64,000 bases of DNA from Dehalococcoidia bacterium (GTDB lineage Bacteria; Chloroflexota; Dehalococcoidia; UBA2979), in NCBI GenBank assembly GCA_965262725.1, contig OZ253555.1, positions 2,976,001 through 3,040,000 on the forward strand, in the 5' to 3' direction. Under the pieces are notes generated by a model. The model searched no databases and was not told the DNA's origin. It was given only the letters and a program-made list of their open reading frames with translations. The position numbers and the translations under genes are program-made. Positions 1 to 10,043 of the stretch are shown here, piece by piece. Every line of letters starts with the position of its first letter. Within the stretch, counting starts at the first letter, position 1.

Positions 1-497
1 CGCCGTGATTTCACGGATGCGGTCCCGCGCCCGCTGCATCGCTCGCCGTGAGGGCCAGCGTGCGAGGAACTGGATATTCTTGTTGCGCTTCGCACGTACC
101 CAGCGATGCTCGAAGCCGAGGAACTCCAGCCCCTCGCCTCCCTCCCGCAGGTGCACGATGCGCGTCTTCTCCGCCTTGAGCTCCAGTCCGAGCTCACCCA
201 GCAGGTCACGCAGCAGGGCCAACGCCCGCTCCGCTTCCTCCCGGCTCCGGCAGAGCACCACGAGGTCATCCGCATAGCGCACCAGCACGCCATCACCCTT
301 CGCCTCCCAGTCCCGGTCCAACCGGTGCAGGTAGACATTGGCCAGCAGCGGGGACATCACCCCGCCCTGCGGCGTACCCGTCGCGCTGTGCTGCACGACC
401 CCCGACTCCATCACACCGGCACGCAGCATCGCCCGTACCAGCTTCAGGAGATTGCGGTCGCATATCCGTTCCTCGACGGCCGTCATCAGACGGTCGT
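1..497 (-). CDS. ltrA: Group II intron reverse transcriptase/maturase, 3' part (runs off window; absent from ORF track)
   Basis: Manual translation: (H)DRLMTAVEERICDRNLLKLVRAMLRAG..GTPQGGVMSPLLANVYLH..LVRYADDLVVLC..EKTRIV..EFLGF. YADD at 276-265; frame open to base 1. Confidence 0.92.
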
Positions 498-1359
498 GTA
501 GGGTCAGGGGCTGGCGCGGTGCGAGCCGTAGGCGGTGGCGCATCAGTTCCAAGCCGGTTTCCCGGTGGTGCCCAACTCCACGGCCATAGCAGCGTCCGTC
601 TCCAGCCCCTGCCACATCGAACCGGACGTGAGGTTCTCCCTCATCCGGCTCACCGATGCCCTTCACCAGATGGCATGCAGCGCTCCCCACAACGTGGGTC
701 GTGCCTTGGCCAGCCGGTACAGCATGTGCGGAGAGCCTCGAACCCTACCAAGTGGTTGCTAGCCCCGAGGGGCACTCACCAGTCCACACCCCCAGCAACA
801 TGCACGGACAAAGTAGGGGTCCTTCCCATCACCGGCGGTTATGTTGTCCGTCCGGCTCCAGCGGTACTACGACCCCCTCCGCCACCCTTCCGGCTGGCTG
901 TCCACTTCCCGGCTCTGACCGGTTATAGGACGCCTCGCTCCGACGCCCTCTCACAGGGTGCCGGGCCGGGGAGGGCTTCTCCGGTTCCCGTCGCTACCTT
1001 CCGTACGTTCCACGTCCCATACGCCGGGAGGTTTCTTGAGGCTGCATTCCAGGATCTTCACCTCGTCCATGGCCTTCGCCCTGACCACCCGGGCTCGGCT
1101 CCTCCTTGGTCCTGTCAATAGACAGGCGAGTCTCACGGCGCGGCAGACTTCGCGTCATGCTGCGGACCGCACGTTTGCTCCCCCTCATAGGGCTCTTGAC
1201 GTCGGGCTTCGACGCAGACCGTTTCCCGTCCACGCCGCCGACCTGCTAACGGGCCTCCTGACAGTTACCCGTGCCGGACTCTCACCGGCTGGCAGCAACG
1301 AGCATGTCTCCGGACCGGTCACGTCATCACGTCACCACCCCTTCGACTTCCGGACGCAC
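498..1359 (-). mobile_element. Inner ORF-less group II intron (862 nt) nested in the RT gene
   Basis: 5' GUGCG at 1359. Domain V GAGCCGGAUGAGGGAGAACCUCACGUCCGGUUC at 651-619 with AGC triad. Domain VI stem CAGGGGCUGG/CCAGCCCCUG with adjacent A; 3' end ..CCUAC at 498. Removal joins C|AC to give His in FESIPHDRL. Confidence 0.92.
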
Positions 1360-1924
1360 GCGGTATCGACTCGAAACACGAGGCGATGTCCGTCTCCACT
1401 ACCCACCGCCTGCCCCGCCACGCCTCGTCAATGAGGACCTGCAGGGCGTCATGGGCCGAACGCTTCGGGCGGAAGCCGAAGCTGCATGGCAGGAAGTCGG
1501 CCTCGAAGACCGGCTCCGTCACGAGCTTCAGCGACGCCTGCACGATGCGGTCGCGGACCGAAGGAATCGAGAGCGGGCGCTCTTCCGACCGACCGGGCTT
1601 GGGTATCCAGACCCGGCGGCTCGGCTGCACCCGGTATCTTCCCTCCTTCAGTTCCGTGGCCAGTTCATCCAGCAGGCGCTCCACGCCGTAGCGCTCGACC
1701 TCGGCGAGCGTGACGCCGTCGATACCGGCTGCGCCGCGATTGCGACGCACCTGCTCCCACGCGCGCTCCAGAATGTCTCTGCGATAAACCTTGTCGTAGA
1801 GCGCATGAAAGCGTCTATTGGGGTCGGCCTTGGCCGCCCGGTAAAGCGTGCGTTGTAGTGTTCGGACCTTGTCTTGGATGGAGTTAGCCGCTTGGGCACT
1901 CACCGATTCATCCCTACTCCCCAC
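1360..1924 (-). CDS. ltrA: Group II intron reverse transcriptase/maturase, 5' part (start GTG 1924 or 1903)
   Basis: LYRAAKA, AAGIDG, WIPKPG..RPLSIPSVRDRIVQ, SFGFRPKRSAHDA, WVVETDIASCFESIP; homology breaks exactly at GTGCG (1359). Confidence 0.92.
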
Positions 1925-2521
1925 GCGTGAGCAAAGCAGGGGTCCTTCCCATCACCGGCGGTTGTGTTGTCCGTCCGGCTCAAGCGGTACTACGACCCCC
2001 TCCGTCACCCTTCCGGCTAGCTGCCCACTTCCCGGCTTTGACCGGTTATAGGGCACCTCGCTCCGACACCATCTCGCAGGGTGCCGGGCCGGGGAGGGCT
2101 TCTCCCGTTCCCGTCGCTACCTTCCAAACGTTCCACGCCCCTTACGCCGGGAGGTTCCTTGAGGCTGCAGCGCAACGCGCATTCAGGATCTTCACCTCGT
2201 CCATGGCCTTCGCCCTGAATTGCCGGGCTCGGCTCCTCCACTATCCGTTAACGACGCGGCAGGCTTCGCTTGATGCTGCGGACCGCCTGGTTGCTCCCCC
2301 TGATAGGGCTCTTGACGTCGGGCTTCGACGTGGACCGTTTCCCGTCCGCGCCGCCGACCTGCTAACGGGCCTCCTGACAGTTACCCGTGCCGGACTCGCA
2401 CCGGCTGGCAACGACGAGCATGTCTCCAGACCGGTTACGTCATCACGTCACCCGCCCTTCGACTTCGGGACACACCAACCTCACCGGATATCTCAATCGC
2501 ATTTCCAATTCAGGACACTAG

Positions 2522-3802
2522 CAGGGTGCTGAAGAAGCTCCTTCCGGGGGCCTCGGAGCGGTGCCGGGCGGCTTGAGAGGCCACGTCCGGCTTCGTGATC
2601 GCCGTCTCCTGACCTGCCCCCGGCGGCCTCGGAGGGCTCCTGGACCGGCCGTAGGGCGCAGTGCGCCCTACGCCGTGGCAGCCTCGAGCCTGGCCATGCG
2701 CACCAGGTTGTAGGCGGCGGCGGTGAGCTCCAGCCAGCAGCGGTTGCGCTCGCGGCCCACGAAGCGCAGCTTGCGCCCGCCGCCCACGGTCTTCATCCAG
2801 CCGAAGACCTGCTCCACGATCGTGCGTCGCTTCTGACTCTGCCTGTAGCCGCGATGCCGCGTGGTGCGCCCGTCCACGGCGCTGCGGCGGCGGCGATCGT
2901 GCTGCGCCACGCCGCGCCCGCGCAGTTCCGCCACGAAGTCGCGCGTGTCGTAGCCGCGGTCGGCGCCCAGCGTCCCGCAGCCGCTCACGCTGCGCTCCAG
3001 CATCGTGACCGCCGCCTCGCGCTCGGCGTACCCGTTCGCCTCGGTCAGCTCCAGGTCCAGCACCAGACCATGACGGTTCTCGGTGAGCAGGTGGCCCATG
3101 TAGCTCAGTCTCGCCGTCTGCCCCGACCCTTTCGTGTACAGCCGCGCCTGCGGGTCCGTGCCGGAACTATGCGTATCGCGGCGGCGGCGCCGCCCCCGGA
3201 AGTCGACCTCCGGGTTGCGCCCGCCCGGGGGTGTCCTGCTCGTCGCGCGGGCGGTAGCTCTTGAGCGAGGCCCAGGCCTCCAGCAGCGTCCCGTCCACGG
3301 TGAAGTGGTCGGCGGAGAGCAGCCGACGCCGCCTGGCCTCGGCCACCACCTCGGCGAAGAAGGCGCGCGCGACATCGGCAGCGAGCAGGCGCTCGCGATT
3401 CTTCGAGAAGCTGGAGGCGTCGAACGGCTCGTCTGAGATGTTGAGGTCGAGGAACCACTTGAACAGCAGGTCGTAGCGCAGCCGCTCGCAGAACTGGCGC
3501 TCGCTGCGGATCGAGTAGAGCGCGATCAGCAGGCTCGCCTTGAGCAGGTGCTCGGGCGGGATCGAGGGCCGGCCGCTCTTGCTGTACATCGTGCCGAACA
3601 GCGGTGAGAGCCGCTGCAGCGCGGAATCGACGATCGGTTTGATGCGGCGGATCGGGTGGTCGTCCGGGATGAAGGCGTCCGGCGTCACCGCCAGCAACAT
3701 GTTGGTCTGACGCTCAGCGTCGCCTCGCATGGGGCGCCTCCAGGCTACGCCCCCGCCGCCTTCGCTATCCTGCCAGACGGCTGACCCTTTTTCAGCACCC
3801 TG
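2522..3802 (-). mobile_element. IS5-family insertion sequence (1281 bp) with CTAG target duplication
   Basis: Terminal inverted repeats CAGGGTGCTGAA (from 2522) and TTCAGCACCCTG (to 3802). CTAG at 2518-2521 and 3803-3806; DDE transposase inside. Confidence 0.9.
2668..3730 (-). pseudogene. IS5-family transposase, frameshifted near 3230
   Basis: N-half (GRPSIPPE, SERQFCERL, VDGTLLEAWAS) and C-half (TDPQARL, GADRGYD, VEQVFGWMK, AAYNLVRM) lie in different frames, joined at a C-run. Confidence 0.8.
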
Positions 3803-4651
3803 CTAGCGGTCGACCGCGGCGGCAATCGCGCGGTTGGTGAAGACCCGCGTCATCGACCGCCGGTACGCCTCCGAGCCAGCCAGATCCGCATTGATGTCCC
3901 CCAGAGCGTCGGCCGCCTCGGAGGCGGCCGCTATCGTGTCGGCGTCTAGCACCGAGCCGGCCAGCGCCTGCTCGACCGCCCCGAGCCGCTGCGCGTGCGT
4001 CGAGGCGCCCGTCACCGCTACGCGGGCACGTGTGCAGACGCCGTTCTCGACGGTCAGCGAGGCAGCCACTCCGACGATCGCGAAGTGTGAGGCGGGGTGG
4101 CGGAGCTTCGCATACGCCGCCTGCGTCGGGGCGTCGAAGCTCACCGACGTGATCAGTTCGTCCTCCCCGAGATCGACTTCGAAGAGCCCGCTGAAGAAGT
4201 CCCCGGCGCCGACCGCGCGCTCGCCGGCAGCACCGACGATGTGGATCGTCGCGCCAAGCGCGACGGCGATGGCCGGCAGATCGGCCGCCGGGTCGGCGTG
4301 CGCCAGGCTGCCGCCGATCGTGCCGCGGTTGCGCACCTGCTGGTCTCCGATCTCGCTTGCCGCCTCGGCGACGACGGGAGCGGACGCAAGGAGCACCGGG
4401 TCGGACTCCAACTCGGCATGCGTGGTGAGGGCGCCGATCGAGATGCGCCCTCCGTCCTCGCTGACCCCGGAGAGCCCGGGGATTCGACTGATGTCGATCA
4501 GTGAAGTCGGCTCGGCGAGGCGCAGCTTCATCAGCGGGATCAGGCTGTGCCCCCCCGTGATGAAGCGAGCGTCGCCCCGGGCCTGCTGCTTGAGTGCGAT
4601 CGCCTCCTCGACGGAGCCGGCGCGGTGGTACTCGAACGCTGAGGGGATCAT
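3803..4651 (-). CDS. coxM: Xanthine dehydrogenase/CoxM-like FAD-binding subunit
   Basis: [43 protein letters not shown]; ATGA overlap with the large subunit. Confidence 0.85.
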   Translation of the reverse strand: MIPSAFEYHRAGSVEEAIALKQQARGDARFITGGHSLIPLMKLRLAEPTSLIDISRIPGLSGVSEDGGRISIGALTTHAELESDPVLLASAPVVAEAASEIGDQQVRNRGTIGGSLAHADPAADLPAIAVALGATIHIVGAAGERAVGAGDFFSGLFEVDLGEDELITSVSFDAPTQAAYAKLRHPASHFAIVGVAASLTVENGVCTRARVAVTGASTHAQRLGAVEQALAGSVLDADTIAAASEAADALGDINADLAGSEAYRRSMTRVFTNRAIAAAVDR

Positions 4652-7023
4652 GCGGCGCCTCCATGAATCAGGCGCCAGAGCTTCTCCGGGCGCAGCATCA
4701 TGTCGATGTGTTCCACGCCGAGCCCACTGAGGGCGTCGACGGCGGCGTTGACGATGCTGGGTGTGGACCCGATCGTGCCGGCCTCGCCGATACCCTTTAC
4801 CCCCAGCGGGTTGAGTGGAGAGGGCGTAACGGTGTGGTCCAGCTCGAAGCGCGGCAGATCGCGCGCCCGCGGGATCGCGTAGTCCATGAACGAGGCCGTC
4901 AGGAGCTGGCCGCTCTCCTCGTCGTACACCGCCTCCTCGATCATCGCCTGGCCGACGCCCTGCGCGATTCCGCCGTGGATCTGGCCGGCGACGATCAGCG
5001 GGTTCACGACGTTGCCACAATCGTCCACGCCGACGAAGCGCTGAAGTTCGAGCTCCCCGGTGTCGCGGTCGATCTCCACCTGAGAGATGTAGCAGCCGAA
5101 GGGCCACGTGAAGCCCTCGGGCTCCCAGAACGCCTCCTCGCTCAGGCCCGGCTCGGTGTCCGGCGGCAGCGGGATCGGGACGTAGGCGAACGCTGCCACG
5201 TCCGCGAAGGCGACGCCGGTTTCCTCCCGCCCGGTGGGGCCGATCATCCCGTCCTTGAAGGAGAGATCGGAGGGCTGCAGCTCCAGCATCGGAGCGGCGA
5301 AGCGGCGCATCTTCTCCTGCACCTTCGACGCTGCGAGGAGTAGGGCCGTGCCGCCCACGACCTGAGAGCGGCTTCCGAAGGTGCCCGTGCCGCCGCGTAC
5401 CTGCCCCGTGTCGCCGTGGACAATGACGATGTCGTCCATCGGGATGCTGAACTCATCGGCGACCATCTGCGCGAACGTCGTCTCGTGGCCCTGGCCGTGC
5501 GAGGAGACGCCGGTCGTCGCCCGCACCTTGCCGTCGCGCTCCACGCTCACGCTCGCGTGCTCCCAGAGCCCCACCGTCGGCATTGCCGCCGAGGGACCGA
5601 AGCCGCAGATCTCGGTGTAGAAGGAGAGCCCGAGGCCGACCAGGCGCCCTTCCGCACGGGCCGCGTCGCGGTCCGCCTTCATCTGCTCCCAGTCGGCGTT
5701 CGCGAGCGCCATGTCAAGCGCGCGCTCGTACTCGCCGGAGTCGTAGACCATCCCGCCCGCGGTTGTGTACGGGAACTGGTCCGGCTGGATGAAGTTGCGC
5801 CGGCGGACCTCCGCCGGGTCCATCCCCAGCTTGGCCGCGAGCATGTCGATCCCGCGCTCGAGGAAGTAGATGCCCTCCGGACGTCCGGCTCCGCGGTAGG
5901 CGTCGGTCGGCATCTTGTTCGTGAAGACCTCGGTCAGGTCGCAGCGCACGACGCCGATGTCGTAGACACCGCTGATCATGAACGCGACCAGCGTGGGGAT
6001 GGCGGCGGTGAGCACCATCTCGTAGGCGCCGATGTCGGCCACGAGCCGCATCTTCACGCCCAGGACCTTGCCCTCGGCGGTCGCCGCCAGATCGAGGTAG
6101 CAGATCACGTCGCGGCCATGGATCGTTGTCATGAACGCCTCGGAGCGATCCTCGATCCACTTGACCGGCAGGCCGAGCCGGCGCGAGATCGCCGCCGCGA
6201 CAAAATCCTCCCCGTAGACGTTGATCTTGCTGCCGAAGCCTCCGCCCACGTCGGGTGCGATCACGCGCACCTGGTGCTGGCCCATCCCGAGGATCGCCGC
6301 GAGCAGCGTGCGTGCGATGTGCGGATTCTGGGTCGTCGACCAGACTGTCAGCTCGTCGTTGCCCGGCTCGAAGCGCGCGATCACGCCGCGCGGCTCCATC
6401 GCGTTGGGGACCAGACGCTGGCTGACCATGCGCTGCGAGACGACCACGTCCGCCTGCTCGAACGCGTCGTTGAGCGCCGACTCGTCCTCGATCTCGAGCG
6501 TCACCGGGTTGACGCCGGTTCCGGCCGGGGCCAGCGGCACGGCGAGATTGTTCTCGAACGCCTCGTGGATGACGGCCGGCTCGCCGTTCATCGCCCTCTC
6601 GGGGTTGACCACGGCGGGCAGTTCCTCGATCTCGACGACGATCGCGTCGGCGGCGTCGGTCGCGGCGTAGCGGTCACTCGCCACCACGACGGCAACCGGC
6701 TCCCCTACATAGCGGACGCGGTCCGGCGTGACGGAGTGGTGGTCCGGCGCCGGGAACGGCGTGGCGACGGGCATCGGCGGGATCATCTCGGCGAGCTGAG
6801 CGCCGGTGAGGACCAGCTCGACGCCGGGCATCGCCTCGGCCGCGCTCGTGTCGATGGAGCGGATGATCCCGTGTGCCACGTCGCTGCGCTTGAAAGCGAG
6901 GTGCAGCATGCCCGGCAGCTTCATGTCGTCGACGTAGTTTCCCCGGCCCTTCACCAGGCGTGGGTCCTCGCGACGGCGAACGCGCTGCCCGACGAGCTTG
7001 CCGGGGGTCGCCTGCATGGTCAC
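4648..7023 (-). CDS. coxL: Molybdopterin-binding large subunit, form II CoxL-like (xanthine oxidase family)
   Basis: [15 protein letters not shown], active-site loop [23 protein letters not shown]. Start GTG 7023 (overlaps coxS stop) or ATG 7017. Confidence 0.85.
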   Translation of the reverse strand: MTMQATPGKLVGQRVRRREDPRLVKGRGNYVDDMKLPGMLHLAFKRSDVAHGIIRSIDTSAAEAMPGVELVLTGAQLAEMIPPMPVATPFPAPDHHSVTPDRVRYVGEPVAVVVASDRYAATDAADAIVVEIEELPAVVNPERAMNGEPAVIHEAFENNLAVPLAPAGTGVNPVTLEIEDESALNDAFEQADVVVSQRMVSQRLVPNAMEPRGVIARFEPGNDELTVWSTTQNPHIARTLLAAILGMGQHQVRVIAPDVGGGFGSKINVYGEDFVAAAISRRLGLPVKWIEDRSEAFMTTIHGRDVICYLDLAATAEGKVLGVKMRLVADIGAYEMVLTAAIPTLVAFMISGVYDIGVVRCDLTEVFTNKMPTDAYRGAGRPEGIYFLERGIDMLAAKLGMDPAEVRRRNFIQPDQFPYTTAGGMVYDSGEYERALDMALANADWEQMKADRDAARAEGRLVGLGLSFYTEICGFGPSAAMPTVGLWEHASVSVERDGKVRATTGVSSHGQGHETTFAQMVADEFSIPMDDIVIVHGDTGQVRGGTGTFGSRSQVVGGTALLLAASKVQEKMRRFAAPMLELQPSDLSFKDGMIGPTGREETGVAFADVAAFAYVPIPLPPDTEPGLSEEAFWEPEGFTWPFGCYISQVEIDRDTGELELQRFVGVDDCGNVVNPLIVAGQIHGGIAQGVGQAMIEEAVYDEESGQLLTASFMDYAIPRARDLPRFELDHTVTPSPLNPLGVKGIGEAGTIGSTPSIVNAAVDALSGLGVEHIDMMLRPEKLWRLIHGGAA

Positions 7024-7487
7024 CTGGCACCTCCTGCCGCGCTTCGGACGGCGTTGATGATGTGCTCGTAACCGGTGCAGCGGCAGAAGTTGCCGTCCAG
7101 ACCCCGGCGTATCTCGTCCTCCGAGGGGTTCGGGTGGCGCTCGAGCAGGTCGGCGCCCGACATGATCATGCCCGGCGTGCAGTACCCGCACTGGAGCCCG
7201 TGCTCGTCCCAGAACGCCTGCTGCAGCGGGTGCATCTCACCTTCCGCCGCGAGTCCCTCGATGGTGGTGATCGCGACGCCGTCGGCCTGCACCGCGAAGA
7301 CGGTGCAGGCCTTGGCGGACGCGCCATCCACCAGCACGGTGCACGCGCCGCACTGGCTGGTGTCGCAGCCCACATGCGTGCCGGTCAGGTTCAACTCCTC
7401 CCGCAGGAGATGGACCAACAGCATGCGGGGCTCGACCTCCAGTTCGTGAAGCCGTCCGTTCACGGTCACCGCAATCGGTACGGTCAT
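7020..7487 (-). CDS. coxS: 2Fe-2S small subunit, CoxS-like
   Basis: [28 protein letters not shown]. Confidence 0.9.
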   Translation of the reverse strand: MTVPIAVTVNGRLHELEVEPRMLLVHLLREELNLTGTHVGCDTSQCGACTVLVDGASAKACTVFAVQADGVAITTIEGLAAEGEMHPLQQAFWDEHGLQCGYCTPGMIMSGADLLERHPNPSEDEIRRGLDGNFCRCTGYEHIINAVRSAAGGAR

Positions 7488-7945
7488 CTCGCCACGCCCC
7501 CTCCTGCGGCCGCCATCGCCGCTCGTTCGATCGCATCAAAGAACTGCCGCGCCATGGTGCGGGCCGACGCGGTCAGCAGTCGGCCGCCGACGCGCGCCAC
7601 GGGCCCTCGAACGGTGACGTCGGCCTCGTAGCGGAGATGGGTCCCGGCGCCGTCATCCGTGAGTTCGATCGCGGCCTCGCCCGACCCGGCCCCCGGGCGG
7701 CCCTGGCCCGAGGCGACCAGCGTGTAGCGAGTCTCCGGCTCCCGGTCGCGGAGCTCCACTCGACCCCGGAAGGTCCCGCGCACGGGACCTACGCCCAGCT
7801 CGGCGATGAGCTCCCACGCGTTGGGAGCGACCTCGTCGAACGCCGTGAGGCCCGGGATCGCCTGCTGCAGCGAGGTGGGGTTCTGCAGGTGCTCCCACAC
7901 CACGGACCGGCGGAGCTCGAAGCGATGTTCGCCGTCGATACGCAC
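7484..7945 (-). CDS. coxG: CoxG/SRPBCC family accessory protein
   Basis: [24 protein letters not shown]; GTG 7945 preceded by GAGG. Confidence 0.75.
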   Translation of the reverse strand: MRIDGEHRFELRRSVVWEHLQNPTSLQQAIPGLTAFDEVAPNAWELIAELGVGPVRGTFRGRVELRDREPETRYTLVASGQGRPGAGSGEAAIELTDDGAGTHLRYEADVTVRGPVARVGGRLLTASARTMARQFFDAIERAAMAAAGGGVAR

Positions 7946-8277
7946 AGCCCACCCCTCACAAGCCGGGCGGATGATAGCACCGATGATCCGGGCCATGGCG
8001 ACCCCGCGCGAGTGACGGCTCAGGCTTGCGGCGCCGCCCGACGTGGCGAGGCCCCGGCCCGGTCCCGGGTCCGGCGACCGCGCCCCCCGTGCGCGAGTTG
8101 CGACAGAGCCTGATCGGGCGGTGGATCAGGCCTCTCGGTCGCCCGCCGCGTCGGTCGGGCCCACGGCGCGTGCGCGCCCGGTGTTGGCGACTCCCCGCCA
8201 GCCAGGCACACCCGGATGCTAGGGTGCGACCGTCCGGGCAGGTGGCCCGCGGGCCCCAGCGACCGAGAGGTCCGCGC

Positions 8278-9975
8278 ATGCAGCTCCGCTCCATCGGTGA
8301 GCTCTCCCCGGAGCAGCGGAGGCGGATCCGAGCCTGGTGCATGTACGACTGGGCCAACTCGGCGTACGCAACCACCGTCGCCGCCATCGCGCCCGTCTAC
8401 TTCGTCTTCCTCTTCAAGGAATCCGTCGGCGAGAACGGGACGGTTCTCGGCATCTTCACGGGCAGCTCGATGTGGGGCCTTGGCGTTGCTCTCTCGACCG
8501 CCGTGGTCGCCTTCTCGAGCCCCGTGCTGGGCGTTCTCTCGGATCGCATCCCGATCCGCCGGGCACTGCTGGCGGCGTACACCGTGCTCGGGTCGCTCTT
8601 CGCGGCGCTGGCGTTCTTCGCACCCTGGGCGCCCATGCCGTGGCTGTGGATCTTCGCGACCTACTCGCTCGCGAACGTCGGCTTCGCCGGCGGTCTCATC
8701 GTCTACAACTCGTTCCTGCCACACCTCGGGCCGAGACACCTCCTGGACAAGATCAGCAGCCGCGGCTTCGCCTACGGCTACCTGGGCGGCGGTCTCCTGC
8801 TTATGGTGCACCTCTCGCTCGTGCTCGCCACGCGGGACAGCGACGCCGCCGACCTCGCCACCCGCCTCGCCCTCGCCTCCGTGGGGGTGTGGTGGCTGGG
8901 GTGGGCGACCTGGACCTTGCGCGTCGTGCCCGAGCCGCCCGTGGTGCGCTCCAGTCAGCGCATGACGGCGACCTCCGCCGCCGCGATCGGCATCCGCGAG
9001 CTTGGCCAGACCCTCCGCGAGCTGACGCGGTTCCGGGTGGTACTCGTCTTCCTGGCGGCCTACGTGCTCTTCAACGACGGCGTGCAGACGGTGCTGGCGA
9101 TAGCCGGCGCCTACGCTGCCGACACGCTCGGCATCCCGCTCGCCTTCAACATGGGCACGATCGCGACCATCCAATTCGTCGCGGTGCCCGGGTCGCTCGC
9201 CTTCGGTTGGCTCGCGGACCGCATCTCGACGAAGCGCGCGCTCACCGTCTCGCTCGCCGCCTGGGCGGGGATCGTCCTGCTCGGTGTCTCGCTGGCGCCG
9301 CTGCCGCCGAGCGCCCACGGCGACTTCGACATCAGGCTCGCCTACCAGGAGGGATCCGACGACTACCTGGTCGAGTCGGCACCGGACCTCGACGATCCCC
9401 TTGAGCTCAGCCGGGGTGGCTCCACCTGGCGCATCGAGGAGGGACACACCTTCCGGCCGTCGGCGGCCTCGGACCTCGCCGACGCGGTACGGGAGGGGCA
9501 CGAGGTCGAGTACTCGCTCTCGCTCCGGGGCGGCCCACTCGACGGCGCGTCCGCCGTGGGCTCGGCCCACCCGTCGGTACTGGGCGAGGGTCCTCTCGAC
9601 TGGTGGCCCTCGCTGGTGAGGGAGCGGGTGTGGCAGCCGCTCGGACTCGGCGTGGGGCCGCAGTGGCTCCTCCTCGGGATGATGGTGGGGTGGGTGATCG
9701 GGGGGAGCCAGGCCCTCGCCCGCAGCCTTTTCGCGCAGATCACGCCCCACAGCCGCAGCGGCGAGTTCTTCTCCTTCTTCGGTTTCATCGGCCGGGCGTC
9801 GTCGATCTTCGGCCCGATGGTCTACATCGCGGCGACCGCGCTCTTCGACACGCGCGTCGCCGTCACGTCCATCCTCGTCATCATTCTCGCCGGCACCGTC
9901 GTGCTGAGGTGGGTCGACGTCGCCGAGGGTGCCCGCGTCGCGGCCGCCGAGGACGCGCGCACCGGCGTGTCCTGA
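8278..9975 (+). CDS. MFS transporter, UMF1/ATG22-like, with inserted soluble domain
   Basis: AWCMYDWANSAY, ISSRGFAYGYLGG, GGSQALARSLF..EFFSFF; ATG after GAGAGG. Confidence 0.85.
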   Translation: MQLRSIGELSPEQRRRIRAWCMYDWANSAYATTVAAIAPVYFVFLFKESVGENGTVLGIFTGSSMWGLGVALSTAVVAFSSPVLGVLSDRIPIRRALLAAYTVLGSLFAALAFFAPWAPMPWLWIFATYSLANVGFAGGLIVYNSFLPHLGPRHLLDKISSRGFAYGYLGGGLLLMVHLSLVLATRDSDAADLATRLALASVGVWWLGWATWTLRVVPEPPVVRSSQRMTATSAAAIGIRELGQTLRELTRFRVVLVFLAAYVLFNDGVQTVLAIAGAYAADTLGIPLAFNMGTIATIQFVAVPGSLAFGWLADRISTKRALTVSLAAWAGIVLLGVSLAPLPPSAHGDFDIRLAYQEGSDDYLVESAPDLDDPLELSRGGSTWRIEEGHTFRPSAASDLADAVREGHEVEYSLSLRGGPLDGASAVGSAHPSVLGEGPLDWWPSLVRERVWQPLGLGVGPQWLLLGMMVGWVIGGSQALARSLFAQITPHSRSGEFFSFFGFIGRASSIFGPMVYIAATALFDTRVAVTSILVIILAGTVVLRWVDVAEGARVAAAEDARTGVS

Positions 9976-10043
9976 CGGCGCCAGGAGTCGGGGAAGCGGC
10001 GGGCGAGGCCTCCGAGCGCCGCCGCCCGTGATGGCGGCATCCG

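Larger units (their letters stand above)
1..2475 (-). mobile_element. Outer group II intron, RT-encoding; 3' end lies beyond the left window edge
   Basis: 5' end GUGUG (GUGYG consensus) at 2475-2471. About 550 nt of non-coding sequence highly similar to the inner intron precedes an RT/maturase ORF. Confidence 0.9.

Noticed and set aside
106-501. Plus-strand 131-aa ORF and other ORFs across 519-2532
   Set aside because: Antisense shadows of the RT gene or chance frames in intron RNA.
800-2475. About 550-bp imperfect direct repeat read as LTRs, a segmental duplication or a DGR template/variable repeat pair
   Set aside because: Both copies start with GUGYG and are intron 5' domains. Differences are not adenine-specific, and the RT has group II motifs (QGG, YADD).
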